This document shows positions 1 through 9,935 of a stretch of DNA of 64,000 nucleotides, in pieces; within the stretch, counting starts at the first letter, position 1; the number at the start of each line of letters is the position of its first letter. The notes under the pieces were generated by a model. It saw nothing but the letters and a program-made list of their open reading frames with translations. It was not told the DNA's origin and searched no databases. A program made the translations under genes and the position numbers. Location: contig DASYWW010000046.1 in the NCBI GenBank assembly GCA_035935655.1, positions 90,709 to 154,708 on the forward strand, given 5' to 3'. The stretch comes from Candidatus Bathyarchaeia archaeon (GTDB lineage: Archaea; Thermoproteota; Bathyarchaeia; 40CM-2-53-6).

Positions 1-665
1 CGGCGAAGATTCACGCACTCCTGGTAGTGGACAACACCTTCGCAAGTCCCTACCTTCAGAACCCGTTGAAGCTTGGTGCCGATATCTCGGTGCACAGCAC
101 AACAAAATACCTCGGAGGTCACAGCGACCTAATTGGCGGTGCCGCCATTACAGCGGACACTAATACGGGCAAACGTCTCAAGTTTCTACAGAACGCCGTC
201 GGCGCAGTTCCTGGACCCTTAGACTGCTGGCTTGTATTGCGCGGAATCAAGACACTTGCAGTTAGGATGGATCGACATGACTCGAACGCGAAGCAGATCA
301 GCGGGTTTCTCCAGAAGCAGCCCATCGTAGAACACGTCTACTATCCCGGCCTCCCAGATCATCCGCAACGAGATGTAATCAAGCGCCAAATGCGGGGGTA
401 CGGCGGAATGCTCAGCTTCGAACTCAAAGGAGGATTCAGAGAATGCGAAAAACTCTTGACCAAACTCCGGGTCTTCACCTTAGCAGAAAGTCTAGGGGGA
501 GTCGAATCTCTCATCGAACACCCAGCGAGCATGACTCATGCTAGCATCCCGCGTCAGAGACGAATCGAGCAGGGGATCAAGGACACTCTCATACGCATGA
601 GCGTCGGAATAGAAGACGTCGAAGATCTACTCGAGGATCTTCAAAAAGGGTTCAGATCCCTTTAG
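1..665 (+). CDS. C-terminal part of a PLP-dependent Cys/Met metabolism enzyme (cystathionine gamma-synthase / beta-lyase / O-acetylhomoserine sulfhydrylase family). The 5-prime end lies outside the window.
   Basis: The ORF is open to the window start. It contains the conserved family block 'SVHSTTKYLGGHSDLIGGA...DCWLVLRGIKTL...YPGLPDHPQ'. Confidence 0.8.
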   Translation, partial: AKIHALLVVDNTFASPYLQNPLKLGADISVHSTTKYLGGHSDLIGGAAITADTNTGKRLKFLQNAVGAVPGPLDCWLVLRGIKTLAVRMDRHDSNAKQISGFLQKQPIVEHVYYPGLPDHPQRDVIKRQMRGYGGMLSFELKGGFRECEKLLTKLRVFTLAESLGGVESLIEHPASMTHASIPRQRRIEQGIKDTLIRMSVGIEDVEDLLEDLQKGFRSL

Positions 666-721
666 GGCTTGTTCTGGTGAATCTGGATGAGGGACCAATT
701 TCCCGACAAGTTCAGCCCGGA

Positions 722-1033
722 TCACTTCTTCCAGACCTCTCCGCCCGTGTAAGGATCTAGAAAGTTCAATTGCATATCTAGGACTTGCTGGTAGACCTTT
801 CCCGCATCCGTTCGAGAATAGTGCGTGAACCTGCCATCGGTACTGGCTATGATCAAAGATGTTCTCGTAAGAATGCCGCTGGGTCCGAGTAATCGATCGA
901 ACGCCTTGTCATCTCCCCCAAAGGGGCCGTTGAGCAGTGTGCTCTTGGGACACTTGTCGGCAAATACCTCTATCATCTTCAGCACGGTCAGTCGCTTCTC
1001 TGCCTCCTTCCTTGTTTCCGGTGAGAGGGGCAC
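722..1033 (-). CDS. Hypothetical protein (103 aa)
   Basis: ORF only; no recognisable motif. Confidence 0.3.
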   Translation of the reverse strand: MPLSPETRKEAEKRLTVLKMIEVFADKCPKSTLLNGPFGGDDKAFDRLLGPSGILTRTSLIIASTDGRFTHYSRTDAGKVYQQVLDMQLNFLDPYTGGEVWKK

Positions 1034-1036
1034 TTT

Positions 1037-1354
1037 TCATCGGCCGAGCTTCTCAGCCAAGGCCAACAGTCTGGAATATCTCCTTCGTAGGCCTAATAGG
1101 CTGTAGATTGAGATTAGGGAGAGCAAGAAGAGGACGACAGTCAGAGCGGTCTCCACGACAACTGATGGATCTAGCCTTGGAGCCATCATTAACCCGAACC
1201 CTCCTCCTGGCGGAGCAAAATACTCGAAGTAGAGCAACCTGACAAGCGAAGATATCGCCAGCAGTAGAGCAAAAGCTGCGATCAAAGCCTGGGTTGTAAT
1301 AGTTCTAAGCAGATCATCAGCCATGCGAGCCGCGTCCTCTTTGAAAGCGGCCAA
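1037..1354 (-). CDS. Hypothetical small membrane protein
   Basis: Two long hydrophobic segments are present; no known domain. Confidence 0.3.
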   Translation of the reverse strand: MAAFKEDAARMADDLLRTITTQALIAAFALLLAISSLVRLLYFEYFAPPGGGFGLMMAPRLDPSVVVETALTVVLFLLSLISIYSLLGLRRRYSRLLALAEKLGR

Positions 1355-1421
1355 TACTTCTTTTAGCAGAGGATCCTCGATCGACGACGCGTTCTATCCC
1401 TTCTCTCCGTGGAAATGAAAG

Positions 1422-2018
1422 GTGCTCACACTCGATTCGCAATCCAGTGGATTTAAGCAGATTCCTAGCAGCCAGCAGGACTCTCATCGACGGATCTCTG
1501 TCGTCGGGACTATCGGATCCGGCAAGACCACGTTTGCCCGCAAGACATCGAGGATTCTTGATGCTCCGCACATCGAGCTTGATGCTCTCCACTGGGAGCC
1601 AAACTGGGTAGAAGCGCCCAACGATCTCTTCCGAGAACGCGTTACGCGATCATTGCAAGGCGACTCTTGGGTGGTGGATGGAAATTACCATCAAGTACGG
1701 GACATTGTCTGGAACCGCGCCGATACGGTCATTTGGCTAGACTATCCCTTTAGAATCATCATTGGAAGGTTAGCCAGGCGGACCCTGAAGAGAATCCTCA
1801 CTCATGAGAAGTTATGGAACGGTAATCAAGAGCACATCCGGGGATTGTTCACTCGTGACTCCGTCTTCTTATGGGCGATCCGGACCTATCGAAGACGAAG
1901 GAGACAATACCCCCATCTCCTAAGCAGACCGGAGAACTCGCATCTTACAGTCGTAAGGCTCAGATCCCCAAGAGAGTCGGCAGAATTTCTCTCAACTTTG
2001 GACAAAAAAGAGATTTGA
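1422..2018 (+). CDS. P-loop NTPase, adenylate-kinase-like (AAA_18-type) nucleotide kinase family
   Basis: Walker A 'GTIGSGKTTF' lies near the N-terminus in a small ~190 aa protein. The true start may be downstream of the annotated Met. Confidence 0.5.
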   Translation: MLTLDSQSSGFKQIPSSQQDSHRRISVVGTIGSGKTTFARKTSRILDAPHIELDALHWEPNWVEAPNDLFRERVTRSLQGDSWVVDGNYHQVRDIVWNRADTVIWLDYPFRIIIGRLARRTLKRILTHEKLWNGNQEHIRGLFTRDSVFLWAIRTYRRRRRQYPHLLSRPENSHLTVVRLRSPRESAEFLSTLDKKEI

Positions 2019-2022
2019 AGAA

Positions 2023-2535
2023 TTGAGCCAAGCTAAGCAAGGCTATTCGGAGTCTCTCCGAACCACTCTCGTCTCAAAAGGAATCTGGCACCGTTTCATA
2101 GAGTTCACCGAGCCAGTTAGGACGGTCGAAGAAGCCTCAAGGAAAGTCGAGATAGATCGGATCATCAAGTCCATTGTCCTAGTAGGTTCAGACAACAAAC
2201 CGATCCTAGCAATACTACCGGCAAAGAACAAGATTAGCTACAAGAAAATCAAAACACTGCTCAAGATCAAAGACGTGCGGCTAGCACAGCCCGATGAAGT
2301 CCTAGAACACTCAGGCTATCCGGTCGGAGGAGTACCACCATTCAACAGAATCAATCGAATTCTATTTGACCCAACAGTTCAACGAAACGCAAGAAGTATC
2401 GCCGGCGGAGGAGACCCGAACAAACTCGTGGAACTTGAGACTCAGGACTTAGTCGCGTTTCTCGACCCAATAGTCGCAGACTTCAGCACCCGACGACAAA
2501 TGAATGAGAAATTAGTCCCTCTAAATACCACTTGA
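2023..2535 (+). CDS. YbaK/ProX-type aminoacyl-tRNA deacylase domain protein
   Basis: Size and the 'KSIVLVG...PILAILPA...YPVGGVPPF' pattern are typical of the YbaK trans-editing domain. Confidence 0.6.
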   Translation: MSQAKQGYSESLRTTLVSKGIWHRFIEFTEPVRTVEEASRKVEIDRIIKSIVLVGSDNKPILAILPAKNKISYKKIKTLLKIKDVRLAQPDEVLEHSGYPVGGVPPFNRINRILFDPTVQRNARSIAGGGDPNKLVELETQDLVAFLDPIVADFSTRRQMNEKLVPLNTT

Positions 2536-2557
2536 CCCCTGCAAACCCCCGAGCAGT

Positions 2558-3208
2558 ATGTCCGGGGAGAGAATCAGAGAGTCCTCTGAGAGTCCACGAA
2601 TCAAGATTAGGATCGAGTCGCTGTCGGACCTGGTCTTTGGCCTCGCGCTCTCGATAGGCTCCCTCGAACTTCTAGCCCGGACACCTCAGACCCCGACAGA
2701 CTTGGCAGCGAGTGTTGCGCTCTTCGCCTTCAGTTTCCTTATAGTAGTCTCCATCTGGTTCGGCTATGCGAGGATTATGGCCGTTATCCCCCAAGAGACT
2801 GGGGCCGCCATTTCCCTGAATCTGCTTCTTTTGTTTTGCGTCGTTCTTGAGCCATATCTCTTCTTCGTCCTACAATCGCAGCCTTCGAACATCTCGTTCC
2901 TCGATTGGGCATCATTTGGATACGCACTTGACGTCGGGGCCATGTTTCTAATATTGGGCGGTCTAATCCGACCTATCCTCCGGAAGAAGATCTCCGGAGT
3001 GGAAAGACCCGAGCTTCACCCCGTTTTATTGCGCAGATTTCGTATTGCTATGTTCTTCTACGCTTTCGTCGCAGTGACCTACTTCGTCTCGGCTCTTCCC
3101 TTCTTCTGGGTCGACACGCCGATTGGTCCTCTCAGGTTTGTCCTTTGGTACTCTGCGTTTGCCTTCGTTTTCCTCGGATTATTGAATCGCAGGCGCGAAA
3201 GAACTTAA
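2558..3208 (+). CDS. DUF1211 / TMEM175-like membrane protein (putative K+ channel family)
   Basis: The N-terminal 'RIESLSDLVFGLALSIG' matches the family signature R-x-E-x-FSDGVFAIA. About 6 predicted TM helices in ~215 aa. Confidence 0.55.
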   Translation: MSGERIRESSESPRIKIRIESLSDLVFGLALSIGSLELLARTPQTPTDLAASVALFAFSFLIVVSIWFGYARIMAVIPQETGAAISLNLLLLFCVVLEPYLFFVLQSQPSNISFLDWASFGYALDVGAMFLILGGLIRPILRKKISGVERPELHPVLLRRFRIAMFFYAFVAVTYFVSALPFFWVDTPIGPLRFVLWYSAFAFVFLGLLNRRRERT

Positions 3209-3263
3209 CAATCTAACTATTGCGGGGACACGCATTGGTTGAAGAGAGATTTAGCTGATCCGT

Positions 3264-4022
3264 CTAGCTGACAATTTTTCTGAACTCGTAGAACGTTGCA
3301 CCCAACGTTAGGACAGCTATCAGGGATATTACAGCGTAAGCTTCCGAAAACGATCCCCACACGTATCCGGTCATGATGAGATCCCGAATAGCATTCACAG
3401 CAAAGCTAATCGGATTGTACGAGGAAACATTCTGCATCCAAAGAGGCATTAGTCCCTGCTGCACTAGAGCTGTACTCATGAATAGAAGGGGAAAGGTCAG
3501 GGTTCCGGCTATTCCGAACACCGTCTCAGCACTCTTGGTTCTAAGTCCTAGGGCTAGTGATATTCCCGACCAAGCAAGGCCGAAGAAGGCTACAGTGATG
3601 AGGATGAGAATGTAACCGACGATCCCGGTCACCGGAAAGACCCCTAAACCATAGGCAAGTAATAGAATGATGAGCGTCTGAGCGAAAACCCTGAAAGCGT
3701 CGCTCAAGAGCCTGCCCAGTAGGATAGATGTGCGACTCGCGGGGGTCGCAAGTACCTTTGTGAGGAAACCGGATTTGATGTCGTCTACGACAGCGGTGCC
3801 AGATTGGAACGCGCTTGAGAACGAGTTCTGCAATATTATTCCTGCAGTAGCGAACACCGTATAGTTCGTTCCGAGAAGGAGGCCGAACTTGCTGAACAGT
3901 TGTGTGAACAATAAGAGGAAGATTATTGGTTGAAAGAGAGAGAAAAAGAGCAATATCGGGTTTCGTACAAGTTTCTTCATCCAGCGGACGAACATGTAAT
4001 ATGTGTCGGAGACGAATGTCAT
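3264..4022 (-). CDS. ABC-2 type transporter permease
   Basis: Six-TM hydrophobic profile. It lies immediately downstream of, and probably co-transcribed with, the ABC ATPase gene. Confidence 0.7.
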   Translation of the reverse strand: MTFVSDTYYMFVRWMKKLVRNPILLFFSLFQPIIFLLLFTQLFSKFGLLLGTNYTVFATAGIILQNSFSSAFQSGTAVVDDIKSGFLTKVLATPASRTSILLGRLLSDAFRVFAQTLIILLLAYGLGVFPVTGIVGYILILITVAFFGLAWSGISLALGLRTKSAETVFGIAGTLTFPLLFMSTALVQQGLMPLWMQNVSSYNPISFAVNAIRDLIMTGYVWGSFSEAYAVISLIAVLTLGATFYEFRKIVS

Positions 4023-4028
4023 TCTGGT

Positions 4029-5045
4029 CTACCTCCTTCTTCTACCGAACATTCCAGACGCTCGAGACTTGTCGATCTGCTCGGGTCGGATTCTCCTTCC
4101 CGTATGTTTTAGGAACACGTCGTCTAGGGTCGGGCTAGACACGCCGATAGACGAGAGCTTGATCCCGGCACTGTCAAAAGCTCGTACTATGTCGGGAACC
4201 AGGAATCCCCCATTCTTCGCGTATATTACAATCCCCTCGTCAGAGTCGACGATTTCAGTGATTCCCCCTAGGCTGCCTAGTAGTTGTTTGGCTCGGTCCT
4301 TGAGAGAGCCAGTCCCGGCGTTACCATTCTCGAATCCCAGCGTAATGCGATCCGCTCCAATCTCTGACTTTAGTTCTGAGGGGGTTCCCTGGGCGACAAT
4401 TTCGCCATGGTCTAGAATGGCAAGTCGGCGGCACAGCCGGTCAACTTCCTCCAAATACTGTGTCGTGATGAAGATCGTCATACCGGTCTGGTTCAACCCC
4501 TTGAGATACGCCCATACTTGAGCCCGCGACTGTGGATCCAAGCCGGTCGTAGGCTCGTCTAGAAAGAGTATCTTCGGTCTGTGAACAAGGGTTGAGGCTA
4601 GGTCGAGCCTCTTTTTCATTCCACCTGAATAGTATGCTGATCGTTTGTCCGCTGCGTCTCCAAGGTCAACGACTTTGAGCAGTTCGTTTACGCGTTCCTT
4701 CAACTCTTCCCCGCGCATCTGCTGTAGGTGTCCTTGAAGCAGCAGGTTCTCTCGACCCGTGAGATCTTCGTCAATGACCGTGTCCTGCATCTGGACTCCG
4801 ATTAACTTGCGTACTTTTTGTGCATCGTGCTCGATGTCGTGGCCAGCCACGGTAGCCAATCCCGAAGTCTTCCGTAGGATGGTGGTTAGGATCTTGATCG
4901 TAGTGCTCTTTCCGGCGCCGTTCGGTCCGAGAAATCCGAAGAACTCACCTTCATCGACTTTGAAAGAGATTCCCTTGACAGCCTGAGTGCCGTCACCATA
5001 GGTCTTTACAAGGTTCTCGACTTGGACTGCCGGCAACTCTACCAC
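4029..5045 (-). CDS. ABC transporter ATP-binding protein (DrrA-like exporter ATPase)
   Basis: Walker A 'GPNGAGKST', signature 'LSGGMKKRL' and Walker B 'ILFLDEPTTGLD'. Confidence 0.85.
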   Translation of the reverse strand: MVELPAVQVENLVKTYGDGTQAVKGISFKVDEGEFFGFLGPNGAGKSTTIKILTTILRKTSGLATVAGHDIEHDAQKVRKLIGVQMQDTVIDEDLTGRENLLLQGHLQQMRGEELKERVNELLKVVDLGDAADKRSAYYSGGMKKRLDLASTLVHRPKILFLDEPTTGLDPQSRAQVWAYLKGLNQTGMTIFITTQYLEEVDRLCRRLAILDHGEIVAQGTPSELKSEIGADRITLGFENGNAGTGSLKDRAKQLLGSLGGITEIVDSDEGIVIYAKNGGFLVPDIVRAFDSAGIKLSSIGVSSPTLDDVFLKHTGRRIRPEQIDKSRASGMFGRRRR

Positions 5046-5160
5046 TCTATCGTATTAGATATATCGCATCCGATATGGTTTCATATAAAGAGTTCTTTGA
5101 AAAAGCCTCTCTCTCGAAACGAGTTTATTAGCGAAGGTCTGCATCTTGTAAATTGAATGT

Positions 5161-5733
5161 ATGCCTGCCTCTAAGGTAATTATCGTCAAACATTCACAAC
5201 TTCATAGTACTCTCGCACATCCGCAAGGGATTCCCAGAGGGTTTCTGCGTCTCTACGTCTTGAAGCGAATCGCCGTGAGACCAGCTCACGGGTACGATCT
5301 CTTGCAAGAGATCGAGAGCAAGACTGAGGGAGTCTGGAGGCCGGGAGCTGGTTCCATCTATCCGATTCTGAAAGAGCTTGTAAAAGGGGGTTACATTAGG
5401 GCAGAATCTCACGAGAAGACCGGAAAGTCCCAGCGCATATATCACATCACGTCTGAAGGACGAGCGCTACTACAGCAATCGGGTGAGATGCTGTTGAAAA
5501 CTGGACAAAACTGGGGAGCCATGAGATCTATAATCATAGAACTCGTTGATCCGAAGAACATTCCTACCATGTTCACCCATATGACTGCCGGACAATTCGC
5601 GTTTCTCCGTGGAATCCTCGAAACGAAAAGAGACAAGATTCCGCGTAAAGAAATTCAGTTCATGTTGAAAGAATATGCCCTTAATCTTGAGAGACAACTC
5701 GACTGGACAAGGCGAATTCTCAAGAAATCATGA
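5161..5733 (+). CDS. PadR family transcriptional regulator
   Basis: 'HGYDLLQEIESKTEGVWRPGAGSIYPILKELVKGGYI' is the PadR winged-helix core. It is transcribed divergently from the ABC exporter. Confidence 0.7.
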   Translation: MPASKVIIVKHSQLHSTLAHPQGIPRGFLRLYVLKRIAVRPAHGYDLLQEIESKTEGVWRPGAGSIYPILKELVKGGYIRAESHEKTGKSQRIYHITSEGRALLQQSGEMLLKTGQNWGAMRSIIIELVDPKNIPTMFTHMTAGQFAFLRGILETKRDKIPRKEIQFMLKEYALNLERQLDWTRRILKKS

Positions 5734-6146
5734 AGATCCGTGAGTTCAGTCTAGACGACTACACGATTGTACGCGAACTCTGGCAAGCCGCGGGTTTGAT
5801 CCTTCGCCCGGGAGACGAGCTTGAAGATATCAAATTGAAACTTCAACGAGATCCGGATTTGTTCCTCGTAGCTGAACACGACGATGAGATCGTCGGCAGC
5901 GTGATTGGTGGCTGGGATGGACGGCGTGGTTGGATCTACCACCTAGCGGTGAAGCCCCAACAGCAACGAAAGGGAGTCGGCGTGGGACTCGTTCGCGAAG
6001 TCGAGAAGCGTCTTCTCGCCAAGGGGGCGAAGAAAGTGAACGCCCAAGTCTACAAGTCGAACGAGCGATCGTCCAGGTTCTTCAAGGCCATAGGATACGA
6101 AACGCAACCTGACCTCATAATGATAGGGAAACAGCTTAGAAAATAG
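5730..6146 (+). CDS. GNAT family N-acetyltransferase
   Basis: The 'IYHLAVKPQQQRKGVGVGLV' acetyl-CoA binding motif is present. The start overlaps the padR stop by 4 nt. Confidence 0.75.
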   Translation: MKIREFSLDDYTIVRELWQAAGLILRPGDELEDIKLKLQRDPDLFLVAEHDDEIVGSVIGGWDGRRGWIYHLAVKPQQQRKGVGVGLVREVEKRLLAKGAKKVNAQVYKSNERSSRFFKAIGYETQPDLIMIGKQLRK

Positions 6147-6634
6147 GAGAAGGGCCGGACCAAGCTCCAGCCCCAAGTGGTCATGTTTGGAACAGCATTC
6201 TGTTCGCAATTCCAGTCTCGCTCCAAAAGGTTCCCAGCTTAAGAAGGTCCCAGGATGAAACGAGCTGATATCCAAATGTTTGCTGAGCATCAGTCTTCGA
6301 GAACAACAGGTCCAATGTAGTCGCAATCCGCGCAATGATGGAGAGATCCAATGGAACCTCCGAGCCAGAGAAATACTTCCTCTGAGCCGCATATCAAGCA
6401 TCTTCGCATTTTCACATGCTCACCTCTACCGTGCGAGAAAAGCGGAGTAGGGACTATTCCGTTTTCCTAGGATTTTGCTTAAGTGCGAAATTACCCGGAC
6501 GTCCCGGGCCCCTCATTCGGCCGGGGAAAAATAAGAATATTCCAGAAAGAATATATTCCAACGGGAATGATATGGATTTTCCCTTGGGCAAGAGTCAATA
6601 ATATCAATCTTCACGGATGGGCTTGTGAATCTTT

Positions 6635-8212
6635 TTGGAGGGCCTCACTCCTCGGAGCATTCTCCGTGTAGCCCTGCTATCATTCTTCCCTTGGGCACCC
6701 GCGTATCTCTTTGAGAGGGCTAATTTCTGGTTTGGACAAACGAACAATGGCTATTGGTACTACCAGTTCTCTGGAACTAGACTTGAAGCTGACGTAGTCT
6801 CCTTCGCTCTTGGAGGAATACTCGTCGCGTATCTTCTCCGGCCTCGCTGGGCGGTTGTCCAGGTTTTCCTCAGCGCTTCACTCATCTATGTTCTATTCTA
6901 TCTGACGTGTCCAACGTACATGGCTGGACCGATTTGGAGGTCTGAGTGCTACTCTCTTGGACCGGACCGTCTTGCGGGGGTCCGACTATGCGCAATGATG
7001 TTTTCGTTCGGAGCACTGCCTGCGATCATGAGAGCATCCTACGAAGAAGACAGACTGAACAAGCGGTTACGCCCGTGGATTGCGATATTCGGGGCATTCA
7101 TCACGTCAGTGGTCACGACGTGGTTTCCCCTTACGGCTTGGTTCTCAGGCGTGACCTATCTCCCGCCACTCGTTCCCTTCCAAGCAGCACTCCTCTTCGG
7201 AGTCTCAGAAATGGCCGTTGGAATTCAAGCTGCCAAGATAAGCAGGTCTATCTTGGTCGCCGCCATTTCCGGCGTAACTTCTGCCCTCCTTCTCTCCGGG
7301 TTTCTCTGGTCGCTTCTCTGTCCATCCTGCGAGAGGAGCTTGTTGCTTCTCATCGTTCCATCATGGGGATTCTTCGCTTTGATTGGAGGTTTCCTGGAAC
7401 TCGGTATTCATAGGAAACTCGGCGTTGGTCCCTTGGAGCATTTCAATCCGAGACTAGAAAGCATCCGACGTGTTGGAATCGCTGTAGTCCTTCTCTTCTC
7501 GTTGTGGACACTCGTAGCCTTTCAATTCTGGGACCCGAGCGTCCTGTACTCCACCAACATCTCTCAAGGCCCCGGACAATCGACGCTCGGCGCACCAACG
7601 TATCCTTACGTTGCAGGCTATTACAACTCAACCCAGTACAGGATTTGCTGTCTTCAGGTCGGAGTTAGTTTCACCAGAGTGGATCTGAGAGCTCTAGCCC
7701 CGAATAACTTTCTCATGGCAGGGATGGGCGTGCAATCTCCCAATTGTTGCATTGACGGCTGGGATTTCGGATGGAGAGCCGATCTCTTCATCTTACCCAA
7801 CGGGACCCGAGTAGTTTCAGGCACTACCTGGGAGACTTGCGATGGAAATGCGAATTGCGGAGGGGTAATGTGGCAGCATCTCAGATATCACGCCGAGAGA
7901 ATCATAGATTCGGCAAATATCTCAACTCCGGTCTACCTCCGGATGATGTGGCACTGCGACCAACCCAACTGCCACGCGGATTGGTACTACAACTACACGG
8001 GACGGCCATGGACGAGGTTCGGTAGCTTTGTCCCAGACTTCCGCGAAGGCCGCTATTTCGACATCGGAGTAGTCGGAGGGGGAGCGGCAAATTATCCTTC
8101 AGCCTTTGCCTTCTTTTACCAGTTTGGCGTGGCGAGCAAGTTCCCGTTCCGGGATGGTCCGTTCAACTGCTGTACCCGTCCTTCGTGCATCCGGACGGGT
8201 CGTGGCGGCTAA
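6635..8212 (+). CDS. Polytopic membrane protein with a C-terminal Cys/Trp-rich domain predicted to be extracellular and glycosylated
   Basis: About 8 TM helices precede a ~230 aa domain carrying 14 Cys, many Trp and multiple N-x-S/T sequons. No known family. Confidence 0.45.
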   Translation: MEGLTPRSILRVALLSFFPWAPAYLFERANFWFGQTNNGYWYYQFSGTRLEADVVSFALGGILVAYLLRPRWAVVQVFLSASLIYVLFYLTCPTYMAGPIWRSECYSLGPDRLAGVRLCAMMFSFGALPAIMRASYEEDRLNKRLRPWIAIFGAFITSVVTTWFPLTAWFSGVTYLPPLVPFQAALLFGVSEMAVGIQAAKISRSILVAAISGVTSALLLSGFLWSLLCPSCERSLLLLIVPSWGFFALIGGFLELGIHRKLGVGPLEHFNPRLESIRRVGIAVVLLFSLWTLVAFQFWDPSVLYSTNISQGPGQSTLGAPTYPYVAGYYNSTQYRICCLQVGVSFTRVDLRALAPNNFLMAGMGVQSPNCCIDGWDFGWRADLFILPNGTRVVSGTTWETCDGNANCGGVMWQHLRYHAERIIDSANISTPVYLRMMWHCDQPNCHADWYYNYTGRPWTRFGSFVPDFREGRYFDIGVVGGGAANYPSAFAFFYQFGVASKFPFRDGPFNCCTRPSCIRTGRGG

Positions 8213-8437
8213 TGGAACGGGCTAACATCATACAAGGATGGCATTCGTTTTGGAAGGCCAACTATCGATGGGGAGGAGAGCCGTACAACGGAGTCTCTGC
8301 CCGGGCAAACGCGAATGATAAGTCCCTGCCCTCAGGAGTTCTAGAGCTAACATACTCCGGAATGGGAACGTTACAAGACAAGTCCACCCTTTGGTAGTAT
8401 TGAGGTTCTAGCCACCAGACTCTCAATCTGAATCGCG

Positions 8438-9856
8438 GTGGCGTCGGGAGCAGGTCTATCGGACAAGCAACACGGATTCGGGTCCATCTCCGGAATTATA
8501 GAGAAATGGTTTGCTTTGACGAATATGCTCAGCTCGTTGGGTAAAGAAGCGTCACAAAGTTACGACATCGTCTCATCTGCCGAGAGACTTTGCCCAATGT
8601 GCAAGAGAGTGAGGAGGCTATCGGGAGAGAAGAAATGTGCGATACATGTCAAGGCAGACTCCCTAGCAACACATCATCCAGAATTCGACCTGAAGTCCAT
8701 CGCAGGATCCAGTCCACCAGGAGTCTTCGTAGGAAGGTTCGGATACCCAAACGTCTACGTTGGACCGATGGTACCCGCAATCTCCGGCGACACGGAGATA
8801 CTTGATACTCCTGAATGGTGGATGGGCAAGGGCTTCGATGAGATAGTAGATTTCAGATACAGTTTGCTCCGAGGCTACAGCAAAGCGAACGTCTCAGACG
8901 CTCAGAAGGGAGGCAGACTCATCGAGATACTGCAAGACGTGGCCATGATGTCAAAACCAGTTGACACAGAGCTTGTCCTTACTCGACCGCCTCGGAAGGT
9001 GTTGGACCTGCGGGACGACTCTCAACCGTTCGGTCCAATTGGACCACTCGCCTCTTTTCGGGCCGGCAACTCCTCCGTTGACAACAGAATCGAGAAAGCC
9101 TTCTATGATAGCGATCTTCCCGCCGACGACGCAGTGCTACAACTGTACCGAAACGGAGTCTTGGTGACCCGAATTCAGCGAGCGTTTAGCCTCGGGATGT
9201 TCGGTGAGAGCAAAAGACGGAAGCTCGTCCCGACACGGTGGAGCATAACGGCAGTCGATAGCAATCTCAGCCTCAAGCTAATGGCTCGCGTAAGACACCA
9301 TCCCCCCATCGACGAATTCCGCGTCTACACCTACACGTATCTGGACAACATCTACGTGGGCATCCTCACCCCTGAAAACTGGAAGTTCGAATGGATTGAA
9401 GCCTGGTTCGAACCCGAGCTACTCGCCACTAGTTTTCCCGACGTAAACATGGCCGAGGACGTGGAAGAGAGCAGCTATGTTTCTCCGAAAGGATATCGGC
9501 CCGTAATGCTCGGCGATTCAGAAGGATTCCGAGGACGCAAGACCTACGCCAAGCCCGGTGGCTGCTACTATTCAGCGAGACTCGCGGTCTCAGAGTATCT
9601 CGATTCGATCCGGAAGCAAGCGGGTGCGATAATGCTGAGGGAGATTCATCCAGGTTACATAATGCCGGTTGGGGTCTGGAATGTAAGGGAGAGTCTGAGA
9701 GCACTCCTCAAGACACCGTTCGAGAGATTCGAATCCATGGACGCTGCGCTGAATCATGTGAGCAACATTTTCGAGATATCAAAGCTTGGTTGGATAGAGT
9801 CCTCGGCCCTACTTCAGAACGCGTATTTCCAGCGGAAGATCAGCCAATTCAACTAG
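8438..9856 (+). CDS. Putative archaeal Nre-family (NreA-like) DNA-repair-associated protein
   Basis: About 470 aa with an N-terminal Cys cluster 'CPMCKRV...KKCAIH'. The extreme C-terminus 'QRKISQF' resembles a PCNA-interacting (PIP-like) motif. The assignment is from recall of the family, not a search. Confidence 0.35.
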   Translation: MASGAGLSDKQHGFGSISGIIEKWFALTNMLSSLGKEASQSYDIVSSAERLCPMCKRVRRLSGEKKCAIHVKADSLATHHPEFDLKSIAGSSPPGVFVGRFGYPNVYVGPMVPAISGDTEILDTPEWWMGKGFDEIVDFRYSLLRGYSKANVSDAQKGGRLIEILQDVAMMSKPVDTELVLTRPPRKVLDLRDDSQPFGPIGPLASFRAGNSSVDNRIEKAFYDSDLPADDAVLQLYRNGVLVTRIQRAFSLGMFGESKRRKLVPTRWSITAVDSNLSLKLMARVRHHPPIDEFRVYTYTYLDNIYVGILTPENWKFEWIEAWFEPELLATSFPDVNMAEDVEESSYVSPKGYRPVMLGDSEGFRGRKTYAKPGGCYYSARLAVSEYLDSIRKQAGAIMLREIHPGYIMPVGVWNVRESLRALLKTPFERFESMDAALNHVSNIFEISKLGWIESSALLQNAYFQRKISQFN

Positions 9857-9935
9857 ACCTAGCTCATCAGCCAGCCAGCCCCTCTTTGGAGTATGACTTC
9901 GTAATTGTCCTCCAGACTGTGCTCACACCTGGTAA

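Noticed and set aside
5943-6401. 152-aa ORF antisense to the GNAT gene
   Set aside because: It largely overlaps the motif-supported GNAT CDS on the other strand and has no motif of its own.
7740-7760. 'DGWDFGW' in the membrane protein, as a possible STT3/AglB 'WWDYG' oligosaccharyltransferase motif
   Set aside because: The surrounding sequence, the protein size (525 aa) and the TM count do not fit STT3/AglB.
8185-8397. 70-aa ORF following the Cys/Trp-rich membrane protein
   Set aside because: No RBS-like or promoter context and no motif. It is likely a chance ORF in the intergenic region before the Nre-like gene.
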